A DNA stretch of 64,000 nt from Pseudomonadota bacterium. GTDB taxonomy: Bacteria > Pseudomonadota > Gammaproteobacteria > JAKAQQ01. The stretch covers positions 17,563 to 81,562 of the forward strand of contig JAJZIH010000007.1 of NCBI GenBank assembly GCA_021810635.1, given 5' to 3'. The stretch's first letter is position 1. Every line of letters starts with the position of its first letter. This document shows positions 12,430-19,748 of this stretch, piece after piece. The notes under the pieces were generated by a model that was not told the origin of the DNA, made no database searches, and worked only from the letters and a program-made list of their open reading frames with translations. The position numbers and the translations under genes were made by a program.

Positions 12430-12791
12430 GGGATCACTCCTCTTTCGTGCAACACCGTGTCTACGGCCTCCCAGAAGGCGGCGAGCAAGGTCGCTGCATC
12501 CTGATACTCGTAGGCGCGGATGCTCCGCATCCGGTGGCGATGGTCTTGCGGATCGCCGCGCTTCTGCCGTGCGACCGGATGGGCGTTGTCAAAGCCGACC
12601 AGCCGTTCGCCGTCCGCGCCATGCAGCGTCAGCGAGTAGTCGATGCCGTGCGGCTTCTCCGGCGACACCGGCACCCGCGTCACCACGAACCGAACCCAGT
12701 GGCCGCCCTCCGGGTCGACCACGAGAACCTGCCCGTCGAGGTCGAGAAGCACGTCGAGGGTCGGGTCACGCGGCTCCGTCACGCCATACAT
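12426..12791 (-). CDS. DUF6516 / TumE-like protein (family name from memory)
   Basis: About 121 aa from ATG 12791 (MYGVTEPRDP...). It contains the GFDNAHP...HRH segment that I associate with the DUF6516 (TumE-like) family. Translationally coupled to the HTH gene. Confidence 0.55.
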   Translation of the reverse strand: MYGVTEPRDPTLDVLLDLDGQVLVVDPEGGHWVRFVVTRVPVSPEKPHGIDYSLTLHGADGERLVGFDNAHPVARQKRGDPQDHRHRMRSIRAYEYQDAATLLAAFWEAVDTVLHERGVIP

Positions 12792-12884
12792 ATGGTTATC
12801 ATACTGAAGCAACAAAAGCAAGGGAGGGCTTGGGACAGCTCCCGGATAGGCGGATGGCGCTCGGCGCGTTGATATCATTGAGCT

Positions 12885-13424
12885 TTATGCGGTCGAAGAC
12901 AGAAAACCCCGGGTTTACCCGTGGATGAATGAGCCCGGCGGCGGTCTGGTGGAGGAATGGAAGTTGTCAAAGCCGGACACAGTGTTTATCAATTACAGTT
13001 CCACGTGATGTGGGTCTGCAAATATCGCCGCCGAATCCTGAATTTGGGCGTCAGTCCCTACGTAAGAAAGGTTTTACCGAAGCTGCTGCGAAGTATGCCC
13101 GGCGTAGGGATTGAGACGATTGGCTGTGACCCGGATCATCTGCACATGGTGATGGTGATTCCGCTCCGATCCAGCATCGCGGTGGTCCTGGGGCGGCTCA
13201 AAAGGCAATCGTCGTCACCCATGAGAAAGACCTTCGGAGGGTTGCAGAAGGTGTACTGGAATGAGCCTATCGTGTGGTCGCCGGGCTCCTTCGTCAGCAG
13301 CGTCGGTGTGGACGAGGGTACGATCAAGCGGTATATCGAGCATCAAGGACGCCAGGATTCAGGTCAGTTCCATAGGGAACTGTAACGGGAAGGACCCCCC
13401 GCGGCTTGAGCTGGGGGAATCTAT
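12885..13424 (+). mobile_element. IS200/IS605-family element (tnpA only); ends approximate
   Basis: Lower-GC segment containing tnpA. A small hairpin (CGGG-TTTA-CCCG around 12910-12921) lies upstream. A GC hairpin plus GAATCTAT lies downstream and recurs at 41307-41363. Confidence 0.55.
12957..13385 (+). CDS. tnpA: IS200/IS605 family Y1 (HUH) transposase TnpA
   Basis: 142 aa. YQLQFHVMWVCKYRRRIL, the HUH motif DHLHMVM, and the C-terminal helix IKRYIEHQ retaining the catalytic-Tyr position. Appears intact. Confidence 0.9.
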   Translation: MEVVKAGHSVYQLQFHVMWVCKYRRRILNLGVSPYVRKVLPKLLRSMPGVGIETIGCDPDHLHMVMVIPLRSSIAVVLGRLKRQSSSPMRKTFGGLQKVYWNEPIVWSPGSFVSSVGVDEGTIKRYIEHQGRQDSGQFHREL

Positions 13425-14578
13425 GCCTTGAGGTGAAGCCAGGACTTTTCCAGCAGCACCTTGGCGAGGTGCCAGCGCCAGGCCGGTGCACGGAACTTTA
13501 CGATGGGCTTGGGTTCCGCATAAAAATCGCCGCCACCGTAACCCGCCTGTCCGTTGCCATTCTCGATGAAACATGCGCCGTGACCATGGAATCGTTCGGA
13601 TGCGTCTCGACCAAGGATGAGCGAGGCGATATTCTTCGCGACGACCTCCGCTTCTGCATGCGCGAAGACGCCGGCTTTCGGCAGCGGTTTGCCGAGTTGC
13701 AGCGGGATCGAGACGACATCGCCGATCGCGAAGACTTGGGAAAAGCGGGTTTCCAGCGTGTGCCGATCCACCGCAACCCAGCCCGTCTCGCCGGCGAGGG
13801 CACTCTCGCGAACCACGCGCGGTGCACGGTGTGGCGGCACGTAGGCCAGCAGATCGAATTCCGCATTCGTGCCAGTCGCAAAGACGATTCGCCTTGAGGC
13901 TGCGTCGACCGACGTCACCTGATGTTCGGGGTAGTACGCGATGCCCTTCGCTGCGAGGAGCTGTTTCACTGCTGCGGAGGTCTCCGGACCCGCAACCGCC
14001 ATCGGCCTGGGCTCCGCAGCGAAGACCTCGATGGCGACCGCATCGCGCAGGCCACGCTTGCGATAGAACGCATCGATGAGCAGCGCCGCCTCGTATGGCG
14101 CCGCCGGACATTTGTAGGCGGGCGCCGCCGTGAGCACGATGACACGCCCCCGCTGTAGCGAACCGAGCGCGGCACGCAGGCCTTCAGCACCCGCAAGCGT
14201 GTAGAAATTGTGTCCCGCCTCGCGCAGACCCGGCACGGCTTCCACGGCCAGCTCGACGCCGAGCGAGACGATCAGGTGGTCCGCATCGAGGATCTCGCCG
14301 GATACCGTGACGCGGCGGGTTTCAGGATCGATCTTCTCCACCTCGCCGAGTCGCACCTGGATGCCCTTGTGTTGCAGCCGGGCGAGCGGACGCTGGATGG
14401 ATGCGGCTTCGCGCAGTCCCACCATCAGCCACAGCAGCGATGGCGCGTAGAGGTGCTCGCGCTTCCGATCGACGAGTACGACGCGATGGATGCGTGGAAG
14501 GTGCTTGCGCAGCGCGCTGGCGGCGACGAGACCGCCCATGCCGCCACCGAGGACGACGACGGTCTTGCCGGTGTCCAT
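13421..14578 (-). CDS. sulfide:quinone oxidoreductase-like FAD-dependent oxidoreductase
   Basis: 385 aa. N-terminal VVVLGGGMGGLVAA FAD fold, YKCPAAPYE and GACFIENG Cys motifs at the positions of SQR redox cysteines. Its start overlaps the DsrE-like stop by 1 nt. Confidence 0.75.
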   Translation of the reverse strand: MDTGKTVVVLGGGMGGLVAASALRKHLPRIHRVVLVDRKREHLYAPSLLWLMVGLREAASIQRPLARLQHKGIQVRLGEVEKIDPETRRVTVSGEILDADHLIVSLGVELAVEAVPGLREAGHNFYTLAGAEGLRAALGSLQRGRVIVLTAAPAYKCPAAPYEAALLIDAFYRKRGLRDAVAIEVFAAEPRPMAVAGPETSAAVKQLLAAKGIAYYPEHQVTSVDAASRRIVFATGTNAEFDLLAYVPPHRAPRVVRESALAGETGWVAVDRHTLETRFSQVFAIGDVVSIPLQLGKPLPKAGVFAHAEAEVVAKNIASLILGRDASERFHGHGACFIENGNGQAGYGGGDFYAEPKPIVKFRAPAWRWHLAKVLLEKSWLHLKA

Positions 14579-14928
14579 CAGAACACCAGCGTTTTGTCAG
14601 TCCACTGCGTCCACGTGGCGAGCTGCTCCATCGTGCTGCGCGGCGCGCCTTCGATCAGCTCCGCGGCAGCGATGCCGCGGGCGTCGATGCAAGTGCCACA
14701 CACGCCGACTTCGCCGCCATGGCGGACGATCATGCCCAGCATGTCACCGATGTTGTAGTAGCCCGGCGTCACCTTCTGTCCAGCTTTGGCACAAGCCACC
14801 GCATCGCCGATCAGGAACAGCTTCACCTCCTCGCCTCCGGTCTTGAGCATCTGCCGGGCGAGTCGCAGGGCGTTGTAGCTGCGCTCGCTGCCGTAGGGCG
14901 CATCGTTGAGCACGAATAGATGTTTCAT
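14578..14928 (-). CDS. DsrE/DsrF-like sulfur relay family protein
   Basis: 116 aa from ATG 14928. MKHLFVLNDAPYGSERSYNALRLA...VKLFLIGDAV...GVCGTCIDARG is typical DsrE-fold. The longer 218-aa ORF upstream of the ATG is not protein-like. Confidence 0.8.
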   Translation of the reverse strand: MKHLFVLNDAPYGSERSYNALRLARQMLKTGGEEVKLFLIGDAVACAKAGQKVTPGYYNIGDMLGMIVRHGGEVGVCGTCIDARGIAAAELIEGAPRSTMEQLATWTQWTDKTLVF

Positions 14929-14959
14929 GGGAGTCTTCTGTGCGTTGATGAAATGGAAT

Positions 14960-15625
14960 TCACGGTTGCGATTCCAGCGGCAGCCCCAGCGCCCGCCAGT
15001 CGGGTACGCCGATTTCGAGCCGCGCTGCCTTATGGCCGTGGCGCCGCAGGATTTCCACCGCCTCGACCGCCATGACGCAGTACGGGCCGCGGCAATAGGC
15101 CACCACCTGCCGGTCGCGCGGCAATTCGGCGAGCCGCTGCTCCAGTTCGGCCAGCGGCACCGACAGCGCGCCGGGGATGTGTCCGTTGCGGTATTCCTGC
15201 TCGGGACGCACATCGAGCACCAGCGCCTCGCCACTGCGAACGCGCTTGAGCAGGGTGGCCTGATCCACCGCTTCCAGAACGTTCTTTCCGTCGAGGAAGA
15301 GCCGGGTAATGCGCTCGATTTCGGCCAGTCTCGACTCGGCTAGATGGCGGAAGGCTAGAAAGAAATCGCAGACCTCGGTCCCGGCCAGCCGGTAGGTGAC
15401 GTGCAGGCCCTGTTTTTCCGCCTCCACCAGACGAGCCGTGCGCAGCACCTTGAGATGCTGCGAGGCGTTGGCAAGGGTCTGGCTGGTGGCCACGGCGAGC
15501 GACTCCACCGTGCGCGGCCCCTGGCAGAGCACATCGAGCATTTCCAGTCGCTTGGGGCTTGCCAGGGACTTGCCCAGGCGCCCGAACTGTTCGTAGATCT
15601 GATCCTTGAATGCGCGGTTGTCCAT
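14960..15625 (-). CDS. ArsR/SmtB-family transcriptional regulator fused to a rhodanese domain
   Basis: The N-terminal wHTH (SPKRLEMLDVLCQGPRTVESLA...ASQHLKVLRTARLV) is followed by a rhodanese domain (VLDVRPEQEYRNGHIPGA...VVAYCRGPYCVMA). ATG 15625 shares one base with the upstream TGA (TGATG). Confidence 0.85.
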   Translation of the reverse strand: MDNRAFKDQIYEQFGRLGKSLASPKRLEMLDVLCQGPRTVESLAVATSQTLANASQHLKVLRTARLVEAEKQGLHVTYRLAGTEVCDFFLAFRHLAESRLAEIERITRLFLDGKNVLEAVDQATLLKRVRSGEALVLDVRPEQEYRNGHIPGALSVPLAELEQRLAELPRDRQVVAYCRGPYCVMAVEAVEILRRHGHKAARLEIGVPDWRALGLPLESQP

Positions 15626-16224
15626 CAGCCGTGCTCCGCGATCGTCAATTCGCGCCATGCCACGATCAACGTCGCGGCGGCCGCGTCGATCTCCGCTTCC
15701 CGGGTGTCGTGCCCAACCGACAATCGCGCCGCGTCAAGCGCCCGCTCGAAGGAAAGGCCCATCACTTCCAGCACCCCGCTGGGCGCGGCGTCCCCGGCAT
15801 GCCAAGCGGAACCGGTGGCGGCGGCGACATCGCCGGGAGCGACTCGGCCGTATTCATCCACCGGCACGACCGTCACCGACCCGCCCAGCTCCTGCCGGCG
15901 ACGCGCGGGCTCGCTCACCGCCGGGTGTTCGATGGCGAAGGGCACGATGTGCCGGCGTGCATGCCCCCATGCCCGCGCCACGCCGAGGATGGCGAGGTTG
16001 TTCGCCTCGGTGGCGCTGCCGGTAAAGACGATTTCGGTCGCACGCGCACCGATCAGGTGGGCGGTGTCCTCGCGCGCTGCGGCCATGGGGCGGCGCGGGG
16101 CATCCGCGTAGGCGTGAGCGGACAACGGATTGCCGAAATGCTCGCGCAGGAACGGCAGCAGGGCCACCACCACTTCCGGCGCGGCCGGGGTGGTGGCGTT
16201 GTAATCAAGATAGATTGAGGCCAT
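15625..16224 (-). pseudogene. class-V aminotransferase / cysteine desulfurase (NifS/IscS-like) with large in-frame internal deletion
   Basis: 199 aa. Residues 1 to about 140 align with the N-terminus of cysteine desulfurases (IYLDYNATTP, GNPLSAH, FTGSATEANN, EHPAV). The sequence then jumps to the C-terminal GS-A-W-HAGDAAPSGVLEVMG...RLSVGH segment. The PLP-Lys region is absent and the catalytic Cys position reads Trp. Confidence 0.7.
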
Positions 16225-16234
16225 GCCAACGTCC

Positions 16235-16284
16235 GATCAAGTAATCAATCATTAGTTTAAATACTTGACCATGGAAGATCAAGT
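16235..16284. promoter_or_regulatory. candidate operator: GATCAAGT / ACTTGA repeats in the AT-rich region upstream of the sulfur operon
   Basis: GATCAAGT at 16235-16242 and at 16277-16284. ACTTGACC at 16263-16270. ACTTGA(16263-68)-N10-TCAAGT(16279-84) is a perfect 6-bp inverted repeat, 11-60 nt upstream of the first gene (start 16224). Confidence 0.3.
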
Positions 16285-16746
16285 CATACACGCACCGGGA
16301 TTGGCCGGTCGGAAGACTTGGCGCTCCGATCCGGGCGACGCCTGTGCCGGATCAAGGTGCCGGCATCAAGTCGAGAGAGGGGTTCTGTCACCATGACCGA
16401 GAGATTGAGGTGGTCCGCGGCGCGAACCTGTTCACATGCCGGAGAACACGCAGACCAGCCCACACTGCATGCCGCGGGCGTCAAGAATTGAGCACGTCAA
16501 GGCGACTTTGCGCGGCTGCGACTGAGCAACTGCGGCCGGGGTCCGGCCATTGCGGTCGGGCGATTGTGCCGCAAGGACACGGTCGCAGGCTTCGCGCGCA
16601 CTTGGCCATCTTTGGTCGCGCGGCAACAAGCAGAACACATGCGACGCCCGCGCCTACGTCTTCATGCTTGTCGGGCTCTGCGAAGCCACATCCAGCACGT
16701 TGCGTTTGTCTAGACTTGGAACAAGTGCCAGAGATGGGACCGCGCA

Positions 16747-17124
16747 ATGAATCGCCGTGCAATGTGGCTGCGAATTGCAGGTTTGGCATGAACGCTGTCG
16801 ATGCTGACGGCCTGTGGCGCAGGCGGCGGCAGGGGCGCAACGCCTTCTGCACCTCCTCCGCCCACGCCTCCCGCACCGGCGGCCCTGTTCGACGAATCGC
16901 CCAGGTTGGTGTCGGGCAGTGACCTGGAAGGCTCGAACCTCGGGCCGTCCAGCAGCGGCCCAAAGCCTTTCCAGGATCGCAGGCCATGCGCCCTTGTGCT
17001 CGCGTCATCATTCGTCGACACGGTCGTCCCAGCAGGTTGGCGGCTTATCGGAGTGCCATTCATGGATGAGACACTACCCGAGAGGAGGGGCGGATCCACG
17101 GATCGGCCGCGTCTTCCTTCTTGA
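16747..17124 (+). pseudogene. putative lipoprotein gene with in-frame TGA inside the signal peptide
   Basis: MNRRAMWLRIAGLA-TGA(16789-16791)-TLSMLTAC|GAGGG... reads as a textbook n-region, h-region and lipobox (LTAC) interrupted by one stop, followed by a Pro/Ala-rich linker. The downstream part is weakly protein-like. Confidence 0.3.
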
Positions 17125-18237
17125 GACGGACCAAGCGAGCGCGAAAAGCGGGAGGGCCCAAAGCGCCGAGAGGCGGTACAGCGCGCCCAGCCGGAGCACG
17201 CCCTGGAGCGGTCCCAGCCCGAAGGAGCCGATCCCCTCACCGGCCATGAGTGCGCCCACGAGGAGTCCTGCAACCTCGGTCGAGGCGGTGGGCTGGGTCT
17301 TCAGGGCATAGGAGAGGGTGTAGGGGTAATAGATGCCGGTTGCGATTCCTGCTGCCGCGAAGGCCGCAATCAGGGCGGGGGCTCCCCTGAGGGCCGGCAG
17401 GACGAGGAAGCAGAGGGCGATCCCCAGGGGCGAGGCGAGATAGCAGACCCGGCGCGACAGGATCCGGTCGGGGATCGCGCCCAGAAGGAGACGGGTTCCG
17501 GTCATGCTGGCCCAGAACAGGGACAGGGCGAGCGCCCCGTCCGTCACGGGGAGCGCCCGGTTGACACTCACGAAGACGGCGGCCCAGCTGCCGAAGCTGC
17601 CTTCGACGATGGCGTAGAGCAGGACGGCCAACCCAGCGGCGACAGGCAGGCGCCAGGGCGCGCGGGTTCGCGCGACGGGCACAGACGCGACCGGTGGCGG
17701 CCGGGCGATGAGAATGATCCAGGCGAGGGCGAGGAGGAGGGGCCAGGCGACCCAGCCCGCGGGGGCGGCCAGGACGTGGAGAAGGAGCGGGGAGACGGCG
17801 GTGGCGCCGCCGATGACGGCGTTGAGGAGTGTGATCGCCCGTGTTTCGCGGTCGGGGAAGAGGGAGGCGGTCAGGTGGTTGAGGGCGGTGTTCGCGAGCC
17901 CGAAGCCCAGTCCCAGGCAGATGGTTTCGGCCAGCACGGCGCCGTAGGCGACGGTGCCGCGCGCGAAGAAGGCCGCCGACAGGAAGGCCAGGGCCAGGAG
18001 ATTGGCGCCCGCCCCGAGGCGGAACAGGACCCCCTCTCCCCACCGCCTGCGGAGGGTGCCGGCCCAAAGCGCGCTTCCGATCGCGCCCAGGATTTCGGGG
18101 AAGTAGAGGAGGCCGTAGCCCGCGCTCGAGAAGCGGTAGGGGGCTTGCTCGAAGGTGGCCCCGAGCGCGGGCAGGAGCACGAATCCCGCGCCGACCAGGA
18201 ATCCCGCCCCATAGAGGGAGGCGAGGCCGCGCTTCAG
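17074..18237 (-). CDS. MFS transporter (start codon unresolved)
   Basis: About 387 aa of repeated hydrophobic segments typical of a 12-TM MFS protein. No in-frame ATG/GTG/TTG lies between the GMC stop and TM1. A CTG at 18237 overlaps the GMC TGA (CTGA). The 134 extra upstream codons of the 521-aa ORF are Arg/Pro/Gly junk overlapping the GMC gene. Confidence 0.75.
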   Translation of the reverse strand: MKRGLASLYGAGFLVGAGFVLLPALGATFEQAPYRFSSAGYGLLYFPEILGAIGSALWAGTLRRRWGEGVLFRLGAGANLLALAFLSAAFFARGTVAYGAVLAETICLGLGFGLANTALNHLTASLFPDRETRAITLLNAVIGGATAVSPLLLHVLAAPAGWVAWPLLLALAWIILIARPPPVASVPVARTRAPWRLPVAAGLAVLLYAIVEGSFGSWAAVFVSVNRALPVTDGALALSLFWASMTGTRLLLGAIPDRILSRRVCYLASPLGIALCFLVLPALRGAPALIAAFAAAGIATGIYYPYTLSYALKTQPTASTEVAGLLVGALMAGEGIGSFGLGPLQGVLRLGALYRLSALWALPLFALAWSVSRRKTRPIRGSAPPLG

Positions 18238-19748
18238 GGCGGATCCCCGGCGGCGAAGCGCTCCGCCAGATGGGCGCCCACCCGGATGGCGTTGGCCATG
18301 ACGGTGAGGGAGGGGTTGACGGCACTGATCGAGGGCATGAACGAGGCGTCGACCCCGTAGAGGTTCTCGATCTCGTGGGCCCGGCAGGAGGGGTCGAGTA
18401 CGCTGGTCGCCGGATCGGCGCCGAACCGGACCGTGCCGGCCTGATGGGCCGTGGCACCGACCCCCATCGCCTGGAAGAAGACCAGGGGGTAGCCCAGGTG
18501 GTTCAGGATGCGGCGCCAGGTGGCGCACAAGCGCTGGTGGCTCTGCCGGTTCCTGGGATTCCAGGCGAGGCGGATGCCACCCCGGGAGTCCAGGGTCACC
18601 CGGTTGGCCGGATCCGGGAGGTCCTCGGTTGTGAGCCACCAGTCGACCGAGTGGTGCGCGATCCAGCCGGCCAGCGTTCGGGGCACCCGGGGGTGCTCGG
18701 CCCGGAGCACGGCGGGGGTCACCTTGCCCAGGTTCTGGATGTGTCCCAGGGGATAGGGAAAGTCCGGATCGCCCGAGCGGTCGTAGAAGTCGTTGATCCC
18801 GATGGTCTTCTGGAAGACGGTTGGATTTTCACGGAAGGGGTCAATGGCGAGGCAGGCGCTGTTGAGGTGACAGAGGTAGTTGCGTCCGACCTGGTCGCTG
18901 GCGTTGGCGAGACCCCGCGGATGCTCCTCCGAGGCGGAGGCCAAGAGGAGGGCCGCCGAGGGGATGGCACCCGCCGCGAGGGCGACGACACGTGCGCGGA
19001 AGGTTCCTCTTTCGGTTTCGACACCCACGATCCGGCGGCCCGAGGCCAAAAGCCGGGTTACGCGCGTGTTCGTGACGAGCCGGACGTTGGGGTGGGTGAG
19101 CGCCGGTGTCACGGCGGAGACCTCTGCATCACCCTTGGCGTGGACCAGGCAGGGGAAACCGTCGCAGGTGGGACAGCGGATGCAGGGACTCGTCCGGGGG
19201 TCCGACTCGTCGCGATGGAGGGCCAGGGGCAGCGGAAAGGGGTGGAGCCCGATGGCGATCAGGCGGCGGGCGAGCTCGGCCATGTACGGTTCATGGGTCA
19301 TGGGGGGATACGGAAACGGGCCCCGCGGCGGTTCCGTGGGATCCGCCCCGGCCACGCCATGGGCGAAATACCAGCGCTCGGCCAGATCGTAATGGGGGGC
19401 GAGGTCCGCATAGCGGATCGGCCAAGCGGGCGTCGTGCCCTGGACGTGGGTTCGGGGCAGAAAATCCGCCTCGCGTCGGCGCAGGACGGCGGCACCATAG
19501 AACTTGGTGTTGCCGCCCACGTGGAAACCGGTCGTGGGCCGGAAGGGCCGTCCCGTCCCGTCGTGCCAGACCTCCGTTGTATGGTAGCGGCGGGCCCGGA
19601 AAACGGCCTCGGCCTCCCAGTTGGGCGCCTCGCGCGGCAGGTAGTCGCCGCGCTCGAGGATCAGGATCGAGAGCCCCGTGGAGGCCAGTGCCCGGGCGAG
19701 CGTGCCGCCGCCGGCACCGCTGCCGATGATGAGGACGTCCGCGTCCAT
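18234..19748 (-). CDS. GMC-family FAD oxidoreductase
   Basis: 504 aa. N-terminal DVLIIGSGAGGGTLA FAD fold and a GMC C-terminal region with HQAGTVRFG and VDASFMPS motifs. Confidence 0.9.
   Translation of the reverse strand: MDADVLIIGSGAGGGTLARALASTGLSILILERGDYLPREAPNWEAEAVFRARRYHTTEVWHDGTGRPFRPTTGFHVGGNTKFYGAAVLRRREADFLPRTHVQGTTPAWPIRYADLAPHYDLAERWYFAHGVAGADPTEPPRGPFPYPPMTHEPYMAELARRLIAIGLHPFPLPLALHRDESDPRTSPCIRCPTCDGFPCLVHAKGDAEVSAVTPALTHPNVRLVTNTRVTRLLASGRRIVGVETERGTFRARVVALAAGAIPSAALLLASASEEHPRGLANASDQVGRNYLCHLNSACLAIDPFRENPTVFQKTIGINDFYDRSGDPDFPYPLGHIQNLGKVTPAVLRAEHPRVPRTLAGWIAHHSVDWWLTTEDLPDPANRVTLDSRGGIRLAWNPRNRQSHQRLCATWRRILNHLGYPLVFFQAMGVGATAHQAGTVRFGADPATSVLDPSCRAHEIENLYGVDASFMPSISAVNPSLTVMANAIRVGAHLAERFAAGDPP

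Noticed and set aside
16789-16791. TGA in the lipoprotein signal peptide as selenocysteine or programmed read-through
   Set aside because: No SECIS-like hairpin follows immediately downstream, Sec inside a signal-peptide h-region makes no sense, and other genes in the window use TGA as a normal stop.
17074-18639. Full 521-aa version of the MFS ORF, and the 406-aa ORF 17237-18457 in another frame
   Set aside because: The first 134 codons overlap the GMC gene in another frame and are Pro/Arg/Gly junk. Only the hydrophobic C-terminal about 387 aa is credible.
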